Both the position numbers and the translations under genes were made by a program. A stretch of DNA of 63,995 nucleotides, filler included, from Acidimicrobiia bacterium (GTDB taxonomy: Bacteria; Actinomycetota; Acidimicrobiia; Spongiisociales; JAENVV01), in assembly GCA_041577335.1 (NCBI GenBank). It is 11 parts of 11 records of this genome, joined end to end, with 100 filler letters (N's around TTAATTAATTAA, not from the genome) between each part and the next. Parts side by side here need not be neighbours in the genome. Positions count along the whole stretch, not along the records: positions 20,430 to 26,668 come from JBFGJH010000102.1; positions 26,769 to 32,924 come from JBFGJH010000103.1; 9 more parts are not named here. One strand, written 5' to 3'. How positions within the stretch are numbered: the first letter of the stretch is position 1; every line of letters starts with the position of its first letter. The notes below the pieces were generated by a model, which made no database searches, was not told the DNA's origin, and saw nothing but the letters and a program-made list of their open reading frames with translations. This document shows positions 20,330 through 29,952 of the stretch, in pieces.

Positions 20330-20429
20330 NNNNNNNNNNNNNNNNNNNNNNNNNNNNNNNNNNNNNNNNNNNNTTAATTAATTAANNNNNNNNNNNNNNN
20401 NNNNNNNNNNNNNNNNNNNNNNNNNNNNN

Positions 20430-20596
20430 AAGACTTCGCCACCGGCGGGCCGACCACCGTCGACAACCTCGCCCCTGCGTGCCGCCACGATCACACCATC
20501 AAACACCGATACGGCTGGTCCTACCACCGCCAACCCGACGGAACCTACGAATGGACCAGCCGCCTCGGCCTGAAACACTCAACCGGCCCACCTTGA
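20430..20596 (+). CDS. C-terminus of DUF222/HNH endonuclease-type protein, 5'-truncated
   Basis: Manual translation DFATGGPTTVDNLAPACRHDHTIKHRYGWSYHRQPDGTYEWTS. Confidence 0.8.
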
Positions 20597-20665
20597 GCGG
20601 CGGCCCGGTTTCAGATCCCTCTCGTGCGGGTACAGCTTCGAAGTGCTCCTGCATCAGGAGGCATC

Positions 20666-21090
20666 GTGGACGCGCTCGCCGTACTCAGAAGGATCACGAC
20701 AAGGTCCGGGAATTGTTCATGGATTCCCGCGCCGCCAAAGCGGCGAGGACACCGAGAAGCTCGTTGAGGTCACCCGCCAGGTCCTCGCCGAGTTGGAGAT
20801 CCACACCGCCATCGAGGAGAGGGTCTTTTACCCGGAAGTCGAAAAGCCGGCGGCGAGCTCAGCGCCGAGAGCAACGAAGAGCACCACGTCGTCGACCTTC
20901 CATCGCAGAGGTCCGTCAGCTCAGTCCCTCCCACGACCAGTTCGTGCCCAAGATGACGGTCCTCATTGAGAACGTCAACCATCACGCCAACGAGGAAGAG
21001 AAGGAGATGCTCCCGAAGGTCCGTGACCTGATGTCGGACGAGAAGCTTCAGGAATTGGGCGCTGCGCTCGAGCGACGAACGCTCCAACAT
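20666..21090 (+). pseudogene. Hemerythrin-domain pseudogene
   Basis: AGGAGG RBS; pieces MDALAVL / KDHDKVRELF / ELEIHTAIEERVFYP / EEHHVVD / LIENVNHHANEEEKEMLP lie in different frames. Confidence 0.85.
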
Positions 21091-21151
21091 GAACCGCAGT
21101 CAGCTGGCCTCGGCCGTACACCGGTGGCTAGCCGCCACCGGTCCCTGAACG

Positions 21152-21193
21152 CGGTCACGCCCCCGGGCCCTATCGGGCAGGGAGGCGTGACGC
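21152..21193. terminator. Hairpin between convergent genes
   Basis: gtcacgcccc...ggaggcgtgac imperfect inverted repeat. Confidence 0.5.
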
Positions 21194-21213
21194 CACGGTC
21201 GATGGTCTAAGGG

Positions 21214-22887
21214 TCAGTCGCCTGCCCGCACGGGGATGATCCGGTAGATGACGTTGTCGACATCACCACTGACGTAGTACTCACCGCGTACGCCCACGGC
21301 GACACCGCTGAACATCCACGTGGGTGGGGCGCCGGCCGAAGCGGACGCACCGACCGCCAGGCCGTCCGCAACCATGGATGTGGCGCCGGTCGACGGATCG
21401 ATCCGCGTCAGCGTCCCGGTGCCGGTCTCGACCACGAGGAGCGTGCCGTCGTCGACGGCCATCCCCTCAGGGTTGGCCAGCCCGGCCGCCGTCAACTGCG
21501 GCGCCGCCAGCGTGACCCCATCGGCCACGAGCTGCCACACCAGGCCGGTCGCCCAGTCGGCGACCCATAGGTCGTCGTCCGTCGCGGCGAGGCCGGCGGG
21601 CACGAACACGTCGGGCGCTGTCACCATCGTGGTCCTCGCCCCTGCCGCATCCTGGCGGACGATGCTCGAGGTACCGAGCTCCGCCACGATGAGATCACCC
21701 TGGAAGCGGATCGCGTTGAGAGGTATCGCAAAGTCGTCGTACCGCTCGAGGGCTACACCGGCCACGGGATCCCACACCTGGACGGCGTTGCCGAACCATG
21801 AGGAGATCAGCAAGGCGTCACCATCGGCGGAAACCGTCTGGGGCGCCACGATTCCATCGGGATTGAAGAACGACTGGCGCTCGACGCTCCGGAACTTGCC
21901 GGTGCGGGCGGCAAATTCACGGAGGCTCCAGACGTCGGCGACGAACAGGGACGCTCCGCCGGGCGCTCCATTCATCACGGCAACGCCACCGGGAAGCATC
22001 ATCCCACCGGGAAGCAAGGTGCGAACCAAGCCGCTCGGGCTGATCGAGTAGATGCCGCCGGTCTGCCAGTCGGAGACGAACAGCCGGTCGCGGTCGTCAA
22101 AGACCATGTTGTCGATGCTGACGCCCGGGATATTGGCGACCACTTCTGTGTCACCGGTCGCAGTGTCGACCAGCAGTACGGTGCCGGCGGTGTTGGTGTT
22201 GGTGTAGAGGTTCCAGTTGGAGTCGAACTCCACCGAGCCGGGGCCCGGCAACCCGGAGGCGATGACCTCGGTTGCTCCGGAGTCGGGGTTGATCTTGAGG
22301 ATGGTGCCCATGAACAACTGTGGGGCATAGAGCATCCCGTCGGGCCCGAAGTCGAAGCCGTTGAGCTGGGAAAGGAACGGCGGGATCCCGCTATCGGCGA
22401 TCACAACTCGCGGCGGGTCCTCCAGGTCGGGGTCGACTTCGTACAGGCCGTCGCCGAAGAAGGCCTGGCCGACGAACAGGCGGCCGTCGGCGCTGAAGGC
22501 GATGGGGTTCATGCCGGGAGCCACGAACGGTTTGGTGACCGTGCCGTCGGGTGCCAGCCGGCCGACCTCGCCGATGAAGATGTCGGTCCAGTAGATGGAG
22601 CCGTCGGGACCGATAGCCACGTCGTCGGCGCCATCGACCCCGTCGGTGATGCGTTCCAGAACGGCACCGGATTGGCGATCGAGAGCGACGATTTCACGTC
22701 CCCCGACGGAGCCCACGAGCAGCCGGCCGTCGTTGTCAATAGCAACGCCGTTAGAGCCGTTGATGGTGGCGCCACGGATGTGGACCGTGGTTTCGTAGTC
22801 GCTTTGTGCCGCACCGGCGGCAACGGGCATCACGCCTGCAATGGCCAATGCGAGTACGGCTAGAGCGATGGAAAGTCGCTTGGACAT
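21214..22887 (-). CDS. Secreted double beta-propeller protein (SMP-30/gluconolactonase or NHL-like)
   Basis: Signal peptide; repeated blades such as DDVAIGPDGSIYW, NGFDFGPDGMLY, PEGMAVD. Confidence 0.8.
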   Translation of the reverse strand: MSKRLSIALAVLALAIAGVMPVAAGAAQSDYETTVHIRGATINGSNGVAIDNDGRLLVGSVGGREIVALDRQSGAVLERITDGVDGADDVAIGPDGSIYWTDIFIGEVGRLAPDGTVTKPFVAPGMNPIAFSADGRLFVGQAFFGDGLYEVDPDLEDPPRVVIADSGIPPFLSQLNGFDFGPDGMLYAPQLFMGTILKINPDSGATEVIASGLPGPGSVEFDSNWNLYTNTNTAGTVLLVDTATGDTEVVANIPGVSIDNMVFDDRDRLFVSDWQTGGIYSISPSGLVRTLLPGGMMLPGGVAVMNGAPGGASLFVADVWSLREFAARTGKFRSVERQSFFNPDGIVAPQTVSADGDALLISSWFGNAVQVWDPVAGVALERYDDFAIPLNAIRFQGDLIVAELGTSSIVRQDAAGARTTMVTAPDVFVPAGLAATDDDLWVADWATGLVWQLVADGVTLAAPQLTAAGLANPEGMAVDDGTLLVVETGTGTLTRIDPSTGATSMVADGLAVGASASAGAPPTWMFSGVAVGVRGEYYVSGDVDNVIYRIIPVRAGD

Positions 22888-23052
22888 GGTGGCCTCCTCA
22901 GCCTCAACGCAGGATGAGCAGCCGAGCCGCGGCGAGCTCCCCTTTCCCTTAGCCCAAGCTACTCGCGTCTGGCCGGTCTACGCGCGCAAAGTGGCAGTTA
23001 TCTGGGCGGGAGACCGCGGGCGGGTGCCGGACGAACAGGAATAGTCCCCCCG
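22864..23052 (-). repeat. Upstream region and gene start duplicated at about 25000-25211
   Basis: Shared blocks gcgatggaaagtcg, atgagcagccgagc, tacgcgcgcaa.gtggcagttatctgggcggg, gaacaggaatagtccccccgc. Confidence 0.85.
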
Positions 23053-23232
23053 CCCCTAAGGGGGCCGTCGCTACAGCTCTCTCGTTCGAGGAATACCACG
23101 CGCCGGACCTCGTGTCGCCAAGCCCTCCCATTCCGCCGAGAAAACGAGCCTTCCGGCCCTTCTCATCTGCGAGACACGAACGCATGATGTTCGCACTACG
23201 AACGAATGAGCTGCAGGGGAGCCGGTATCGGC

Positions 23233-23450
23233 ATGAGTCGTTTGGGCGTCGGTTTACGCGGGCCAATTCAACAGCCGATCGATGACGAGCCGCTGCCCAT
23301 CCAGCTGGGCCAAGCTCGAGCTGTGCTGACGATGCTCGCCCTCAGGGTCGGCGACGGCGCCCCACCTGACTTGCCCATAGCTGGCCTGTGGGAGAAGCCC
23401 TCCCGTCCGAGCCGCATCACGCCCTGCACGCATAAGTCAGCTGGCTCCGA
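23233..23450 (+). pseudogene. Remnant of an AfsR/SARP-type winged-helix regulator
   Basis: LRGPI...ARAVLTMLALRVG...LW, then after a frameshift GEALPSEPHHALHA*VSWLR with an in-frame stop. Confidence 0.7.
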
Positions 23451-23600
23451 TCTGGCGAACTTCGACGGCATGACCTGGGTGCCCGACCCGGTAGGCGATG
23501 TCGGCCACAGCACGTTCTACGGAACCATTTTCCGAGCAGTCAACCGGCGTGGATCCGGGGCACCGCGCTCCCGACCTCGCCACATAGAGAGGAGTGGAAG

Positions 23601-24806
23601 ATGCGACGACTCACATCGATTTGGCTTGCACTGGCACTCGTTGCCGGTCTGGTAGCGAGTACAGGACTGGCCGGCGCTGCGTTGGCGCCGATGTGCGACG
23701 CCGACTTCGTATTGGTCGGAGGCCGCACCGTCACGGTCTTGCCCACCGGTGTCGACGATACTGCCAACATAAAATGCGCATTCGAAACAGCAAGCACCTT
23801 GAGGTCTCGCGCCATCGTGCAACTCGCCGAAGGCACGTATCACACGGGGCAATTGGTCGTGGACGACTTCCACGGAACATTCCGGGGTAAAGGAACCGAA
23901 CAAACCGTGGTGCAAGCGCTCCCCGATCTCGTTGTAACGGCGGGCATGGAGGATGTCATCTTCTATCCGCCGACCAACGATCCGTCTTGGCCAAGCCTGC
24001 TGGTCTTCGTCGGCGGCAACTTCTCGATGGAAGAGATGTCGGTCAAGGTGGTAGGAGAGCAACCGACAACGGGCTGGTTCGTTTTCGAGGACCTTTGGAT
24101 TACTGACCTCGCCCATCTGATCCTGGTTGTTGGCGACGAGGCACATTCGAGATTCAACCGGATTGCCCTTGAGGGCGAGGCCGCGCCGAACTCGCTCGTC
24201 GGGTACAACGTGATCAACGGGCTCTGGTCGCAGGGACTGCTCGGCGGTTTCGGACCCCTGACAGGCAGCACCGCGGTAACGAACTCCACGTTTGAGGCGG
24301 TGGGTTTCTCGATACCGATCTCCAACGTCGATCACTTCTCAGCCTTGGTCTCTCACAACCGCGTCAGCGACGTGATCGTGGGGATCGAGGCCGCCGACGT
24401 TCGCCACGCCGACTTCGATATCGTCCACAACAATGTCGAGGCATTCATCGGGTTCGACGTTTACGACGCCGACTTCCCATTCCGAGACGAGTTCCCCATC
24501 GGAACCGAGGACTCGAGCTTCCTGGTGAAGGACAACGTCTTCTCGGGCGACCTCGGTGTCGTTTTCGAATCGACGTTCGGCGGCGATATGCGCTGCGAGA
24601 TCATCCGCAACGATGTCGCCGCGAACGCGATCGCCGGAATCCTCCTCGGCGAGGCCACCTACGGCTGCAAGGTGATCGCCCACCCGGATGACGTGGTGCT
24701 CGATTTCGGTACGGACAACATCATCATCGGACCACGAGGCGAGGCCCTCAACTCGATGGATGCCCTCCGGCTGGATCGTGTCCACGATCTGGCGTCGCGC
24801 CGCTAA
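23601..24806 (+). CDS. Secreted right-handed beta-helix-like protein
   Basis: GAGGAG RBS; signal peptide; DDTANIKCAF..A..VQLAEGTY cap followed by Asn-ladder repeats. Confidence 0.7.
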   Translation: MRRLTSIWLALALVAGLVASTGLAGAALAPMCDADFVLVGGRTVTVLPTGVDDTANIKCAFETASTLRSRAIVQLAEGTYHTGQLVVDDFHGTFRGKGTEQTVVQALPDLVVTAGMEDVIFYPPTNDPSWPSLLVFVGGNFSMEEMSVKVVGEQPTTGWFVFEDLWITDLAHLILVVGDEAHSRFNRIALEGEAAPNSLVGYNVINGLWSQGLLGGFGPLTGSTAVTNSTFEAVGFSIPISNVDHFSALVSHNRVSDVIVGIEAADVRHADFDIVHNNVEAFIGFDVYDADFPFRDEFPIGTEDSSFLVKDNVFSGDLGVVFESTFGGDMRCEIIRNDVAANAIAGILLGEATYGCKVIAHPDDVVLDFGTDNIIIGPRGEALNSMDALRLDRVHDLASRR

Positions 24807-24823
24807 GGACTACGTTCGAGTAA

Positions 24824-24851
24824 GAGTGGGCGGCCAGTTGGCCGCCCACTC
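24824..24851. terminator. Perfect hairpin, probable terminator
   Basis: gagtgggcggcca-gt-tggccgcccactc. Confidence 0.75.
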
Positions 24852-24869
24852 GGCTTCCTTCCGCCTGTG

Positions 24870-25023
24870 CTACTCGTCTGGTGGAATCAGGCTGGTGACT
24901 TCGGTGATGTCGAGCACCTTGTCGCCGTTGTTGGTGACGAGCACCAGTTCGATGGTGAGGGTCCAGTCGACGGTGTTGCCCTAGTCGCGCTGCGGCGAAA
25001 GCGATGGAAAGTCGTTTGGACAA
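24870..25023 (-). pseudogene. Internally deleted secreted-protein gene
   Basis: GAGGAG RBS; start LSKRLSIAF matches MSKRLSIAL of 21214-22887 and is joined out of frame to GNTVDWTLTIELVLVTNNGDKVLDITEVTSLIPPDE*. Confidence 0.65.
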
Positions 25024-25202
25024 TGAGGTCTCCTCAAGGTCAATGCAGAAAGGCAGAATGAGCAGCCGAGCGGCCGAGCCACCATCCCAGTGAGCCTCGC
25101 CGGGCGAACTTCGCTTTGTAGCCGAGGCTGGTCGCGTGTATCCGGAATACGCGCGCAACGTGGCAGTTATCTGGGCGGGGGGCAGCGCCGGAACAGGAAT
25201 AG

Positions 25203-25273
25203 TCCCCCCGCTTTGCGGGGGGAGGTACCGCCGCCCAAAGGGCGGAGGTAGGGGGGCCCCGCTCTGCGGGGGC
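25203..25273. repeat. REP-like cluster of three GC-rich hairpins
   Basis: tccccccgc-ttt-gcgggggga; ccgccc-aaa-gggcgg; ccccgc-tct-gcgggg. Confidence 0.55.
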
Positions 25274-25345
25274 GCGGTCCCTCGGAGTGCCCGGATAAGG
25301 TGGCGCGACGGTCCGTCCGAAGCAATGGACCACTAGAAAGGGACC

Positions 25346-26242
25346 ATGGTTCTGCGTGACGGACTGCGGATCGGCACTCTGGACGTTGCCGTCGACTCCG
25401 TCGATCAACCTCGTTTCGGGCTGATGGCCAACGGCGACAGAGGCATCGGCGTCGTGACGACGTATGTGATTACCGACGCTGCCGGCCTCGAATTCGATGT
25501 ACAGGACACCCGGTGGCGTAACGGCGGTCGAGAGGTCGCCGCATCGGTGGTGACCGGGGGAACCTCTATGACCAACCTCCTTGATGGTCGCCTTTCGCTC
25601 GCTGCGAGACCGGTCGAATCAGGAATCTGCACGAGCGACCTTCGACAGGCGAGGGTGAAGCTGGACTCGTACGACTTCACAGCGAGCCTCTACATGGCAC
25701 AAGAGACGGAGCTCGATACCGCTGCCGGTCTGGATGTCGGTTCCATCTTGAGAGAAGCCGGAGCGATATTGGTGGGATCGCGGCGCCAACTCCTCGGAGA
25801 CACGGGGCGAGCACGGCGCCACAGTTGTGTGGTCTTTCCCACCGAGAGCGACGTGCCTGTGCTTGCGTTCCTCCTGACCCGCGTCCTTCCACTCAAACAC
25901 ATGTGGTTCGCACCAGATTCGACGAAGGGCCCACGTGACTACAAGCCGCCGCCCATGGTTCAAGAGACGGGCCGGCGAGTCTATGTCATCCTCCTCGAAC
26001 TGCCTTCAGTCGGCGCCGGGTACTACGTGGGAGAAACCGGCATCGCGGTCACCGAACGCTTCCGGCAACACAAAATCGGATACAAGCACTCCCGCCACGC
26101 TCACAAATACGGATTGCGGCTGGTGCCCGACCTCTACGAGCGGGAGCCTGTTTTTGGGTCGAACGATGAATCCAAGGCGGGCGAAGCTGACCTCTACGGC
26201 CGACTAAAAGCTCAGGGTTACACGGTGCGTGGAGGCCACTGA
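25346..26242 (+). CDS. Unknown N-terminal domain fused to a GIY-YIG nuclease-like domain
   Basis: RVYVILL...YYVGETG...ERFRQHKIG...E in the last ~95 aa. Confidence 0.7.
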   Translation: MVLRDGLRIGTLDVAVDSVDQPRFGLMANGDRGIGVVTTYVITDAAGLEFDVQDTRWRNGGREVAASVVTGGTSMTNLLDGRLSLAARPVESGICTSDLRQARVKLDSYDFTASLYMAQETELDTAAGLDVGSILREAGAILVGSRRQLLGDTGRARRHSCVVFPTESDVPVLAFLLTRVLPLKHMWFAPDSTKGPRDYKPPPMVQETGRRVYVILLELPSVGAGYYVGETGIAVTERFRQHKIGYKHSRHAHKYGLRLVPDLYEREPVFGSNDESKAGEADLYGRLKAQGYTVRGGH

Positions 26243-26270
26243 CTCACTGCTGTGGCACGTGCTGGGCCGA

Positions 26271-26668
26271 TCACTTCCGCAAGGACTCGGCGAAAGCCCG
26301 AGCCAGAGCCAGCTTCTTGATCCGACGGTCGGCGACGCTGCCGCCGAGCAGTTTCCACATTGCCTTGGCGCCTTCCGGCGTTGCCGCCCACTCGCCTGTC
26401 GACTTGGCCTTGAATCCCATCGCCCGGGCATCGTCGAATCCGGCCTGGTCGGCTGCCAGGTGCAGGAATTCCCAACCTCTGTCTTGCCGATCCTCCGCGA
26501 GAGACAGGATCTGTGCGAGCGTGGTGTCGGCGCGGGCGTTCTCATATCCATCGGTGACGATCACCACCACCTGTTGCTCGCCGGACACCGCCGGGGTGTC
26601 GATGCGGTGGATGCGCCGGGCGACGGCGTCAAGGAGCGGCGTCAGGCCCCGCGGCTGATACGCATCTC
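26271..26668 (-). CDS. vWA-domain protein, 5'-truncated
   Basis: YQPRGLTPLLDAV, VIVTDGYEN, GWEFLHLAA. Confidence 0.8.
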
Positions 26669-26768
26669 NNNNNNNNNNNNNNNNNNNNNNNNNNNNNNNN
26701 NNNNNNNNNNNNTTAATTAATTAANNNNNNNNNNNNNNNNNNNNNNNNNNNNNNNNNNNNNNNNNNNN

Positions 26769-28059
26769 TGCCGAACCGGAGGGCCTCGAACACACGCAGC
26801 GCCCTGCTCAGGTCGCGCGTGTACACATAGGAGGCAAGGCCGTATTCGGTGTCGTTGGCCTTCTCCAACACCTCTTCTTCGGTATCGAATGGAATGACTG
26901 CCGCAACCGGGCCGAACGTCTCTTCACGGTAGATCAGCATCTCAGGCGTCACGCCGTTGAGCACGGTAGGAGCGTAGAACCAGCCGTTGCCGAGGCCGCC
27001 GTCAACGAGTCGCTTACCGCCGGTAGCCAGTTCCGCGCCCTTGGCGACCGCATCTTGCACCTGACGGTCCACCTTGTTCAACGAGGGCTCGTCGACCAAC
27101 GGGCCGATGCTCACCCCGTCGTCCAGCCCGCTTCCGGCGCGCATCCGTTCGATGCGCTCGGTGAGCGTCGCCACGAAGTCATCGACGATCGGTCGTTGAA
27201 CGTAGATCCGGTTGGGAGAGATGCACGCTTGGCCGGTGTTGAGTGTCTTGACCATCGCCGCTCCCTTGGCGGCGTGGGCTGGGTCGGCGTCGTCGAACAC
27301 GATGAAGGGGGCATGGCCGCCTAGCTCCATCGACACCCGCATCATCTGGTGCGCCGCTCCTTTGGCGAGCAGTTTCCCAACCTCGGTGGAACCGGTGAAC
27401 GTGAGCTTGCGCACCGAGGGGTTGTCGAGGAACTCCGCTCCGATGGGAGCCGGGTCAGAAGTGGTGACCAGGTTGGCAACGCCGGCCGGCAGACCGGCGT
27501 CAGCGAGGATCTTGAACACTTCGATCGCGCACAGCGGAGTTTGCTCCGCCGGTTTCAGCACGACCGTGCACCCGGCGGCCAACGCCGGGCCGACCTTGCG
27601 GGTGATCATCGACACTGGATAGTTCCACGGGGTGATGGCGCCCACCACACCCACCGGCTGGCGTATTGAGAGGAATCGCTGGTCGGCTCGCGGTGCCGGG
27701 ATCACCTCGCCATAGATACGCTTGGCCTCCTCGGCGAACCACAGCAGGAAATCTGCGGCATACCCGACCTCGAAACGGGCGGCGCGGAGCGGCTTGCCTT
27801 GCTCCTCGGTCATCAACTTGGCCAGGTCCTCGGTCCGCTCGGTCATCAGCTGATGGGCTTCGAACAGATGGGCAGACCGCTGATAGGCGGTGAGCCGCGA
27901 CCAACTGGCAAAGGCCTCGCTGGCCGCAGCAATCGCCGAGCCGGCGTCGGCAGCGGTTCCGTCGGCAACCGAGCCGAGGGTCTCGCCGGTGGCGGGGTTG
28001 GTTACCGCAAAGGTGGCGCCGCTTTCGGAGTCCTGCCATTCGCCATTGATGTAGAGCAT
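26769..28059 (-). CDS. gabD: NAD(P)-dependent succinate-semialdehyde dehydrogenase, 3'-truncated
   Basis: ITPWNYP, LKPAEQTP, FTGSTEVG, MELGGHAP, GQACIS, EETFGP. Confidence 0.9.
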
Positions 28060-28392
28060 GTTCGTGTACCTCTGCCGCGGTGGATCTGGCAAGGAATCCT
28101 AGATGGGGCGGCGCCGGGGCTGGAGCGGCACCGCCTTTGTCAGCAGAAGCGAGATGAACTGGCGTGCCGCCATCAGCGCTGGGTCTCCGTTGAGCAGCAT
28201 CGACTCCGACCGCCCCACGTTGGAATGCTCGAGCCGGCGAGCGCGACGTCGCCAGACTCGCGTACCGCACAACAAGCGCCGAGCTCCCAGCCATTGGCGC
28301 GATTCGACACTCGATCACGGAGATCGTTGCGGAGATGGATTTCACTGCTGCCGCCTCGAGCAGTCGGAGCGGTTCAGAACAGCTCGTCTGTC

Positions 28393-28421
28393 TTGCGAGC
28401 ATCGGATTCGGTAGGTAACTT
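28393..28421 (+). promoter_or_regulatory. Primary-sigma promoter candidate
   Basis: TTGCGA-17 bp-TAACTT, 6 nt before GTG 28428, compatible with leaderless initiation. Confidence 0.6.
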
Positions 28422-28427
28422 GAGCTC

Positions 28428-29390
28428 GTGAAAATGAGATCAATTCTCATTTTGGCCGAGAAGGTGAGAATCATCGACATGGCGCCGAGTGCCGCACTCC
28501 CCCGCGTTCTCCTGGTGGTAGTCCTCCTGGGCTTCATCGCCTGCGGCAATGGCGAACCGGCTACCGACGCTGGCCCGCGTGTGGTCGCCACCACCACGAT
28601 CCTCGGCGACGTCGTCGAGAACATCGTGGGCGCCGACGCCTCCGTCGAGGTGCTCCTTCCCGTGGGCGCCGACCCGCACGACTATCAGGCGTCCGCACGC
28701 CAAGTGGCCGCCCTCCAGGATGCCGACCTCGTCGTCGCCAATGGCTTGATGCTCGAAGAGGCCCTGACGGACGTGCTCGAAGGCGCCGCTGCCGACGGCG
28801 CCAACATCTATTGGGTGGGCGAGCACCTCGACCCGCTGCCTTTCGGTGGACAAGATGGCACGCTCGACCCACATGTGTGGCTGGATCCGGCGCGGATGGC
28901 CGAAGCAGCAATGTTGATAGCCGGCGAGATGATCAAGGTCGATGACACGGTGGACTGGGGAGCCCGGGCCGACGCCTATGCAAGGGAGCTCAGCACCCTC
29001 GACTCCGAGATCAGCGACCTGCTCGCCGGAATACCGGCCTCCGACAGAAAGCTGGTCAGCAACCACGACTCGCTCGGCTACTTCGCCGACCGCTACGGAT
29101 TCGACCTCATCGGGACAGTGATCCCCGGAGGAGCAACGCTCGCCGACCCGAGCTCAGCAGAAATGGCCAACCTGGTGCAGCAGATTCAACTTTCCGGGGT
29201 CAAAGCGATCTTCGCCGAAACCACGGAGCCGTCGACGCTTGCCGAGGCAATCGCAGCGGAAGTCGGAGCGGAGGTCCGTGTGGTCGCCCTCCACGTAGGC
29301 TCTCTCGGCGAGCCAGGAAGCGGGGCTGACACCCTCATCGGGATGTTGCGCACCAATGCCGAGCAGATCGCCGCAGCGTTGGCCTCGTGA
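28428..29390 (+). CDS. Metal ABC transporter substrate-binding lipoprotein (ZnuA/AztC/MntC family)
   Basis: FIAC lipobox, GADPHDY, DPHVWLD, NHDSLGYF; start is either 28428 or 28479. Confidence 0.92.
   Translation: MKMRSILILAEKVRIIDMAPSAALPRVLLVVVLLGFIACGNGEPATDAGPRVVATTTILGDVVENIVGADASVEVLLPVGADPHDYQASARQVAALQDADLVVANGLMLEEALTDVLEGAAADGANIYWVGEHLDPLPFGGQDGTLDPHVWLDPARMAEAAMLIAGEMIKVDDTVDWGARADAYARELSTLDSEISDLLAGIPASDRKLVSNHDSLGYFADRYGFDLIGTVIPGGATLADPSSAEMANLVQQIQLSGVKAIFAETTEPSTLAEAIAAEVGAEVRVVALHVGSLGEPGSGADTLIGMLRTNAEQIAAALAS
28431..28453. promoter_or_regulatory. Fur/Zur-family operator
   Basis: Perfect AT-rich palindrome AAAATGAGA-TCAAT-TCTCATTTT at the start of a metal ABC binding-protein gene. 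Confidence 0.75.
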
Positions 29391-29397
29391 GCGCCGG

Positions 29398-29874
29398 TCA
29401 CTGCGACACAGCGGTCCGCGGGGTGTCGGCACGGAAGCGGGCCACCAACTCGTCATCTTCCATCTCGCCGGTTTCGACGAAGCCGATGTCCAGATAGAGC
29501 CGGCGGGCAACGCTGTTCTCCGGTTGGTACGAGAGCGCCGCGTTGACCACACCATCCTTTGCAAAACGTTCGAGGAAGGCTCGCACGGCGGCCCGGCCGA
29601 TGCCGCGCCTTTGATGGGCTGCGTCAATGACGAGGCCGCCCAACCAGGTGGAGCCGTCCTCGGGGTCCACCGCCCACATGACGTGACCAACGATCGTTCC
29701 GTCGGCCTCGATCGCCAGCGGGTGCCACTCGCCGCCGTAGTGAGCGAGACACAGGTATCGGGTGATCGGTGCCACGAACCGCTCCTGATCCGGCTCCGGC
29801 TCAACTGCCGCGACCGATCGCCAATTGTCGGCATCGACTTCGACGAGTTTCACATTTGGGATGTCCACTGCCAC
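29398..29874 (-). CDS. GNAT acetyltransferase (polyamine acetyltransferase-like)
   Basis: DQERFVA, HQRRGIGR, YQPENSVARRLY. Confidence 0.88.
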   Translation of the reverse strand: MAVDIPNVKLVEVDADNWRSVAAVEPEPDQERFVAPITRYLCLAHYGGEWHPLAIEADGTIVGHVMWAVDPEDGSTWLGGLVIDAAHQRRGIGRAAVRAFLERFAKDGVVNAALSYQPENSVARRLYLDIGFVETGEMEDDELVARFRADTPRTAVSQ

Positions 29875-29952
29875 TTGCCCAAGGTAGCCCAACCCGATCG
29901 CTGACGCTTCGGACCGAGAGGTGTACGGTTGAAGGGTTCGCAGGGGGACTCC

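Noticed and set aside
20430..20596. Active mobile element at the contig start
   Set aside because: Only the last ~55 codons of a DUF222/HNH-type gene are visible, with no terminal repeats or transposase
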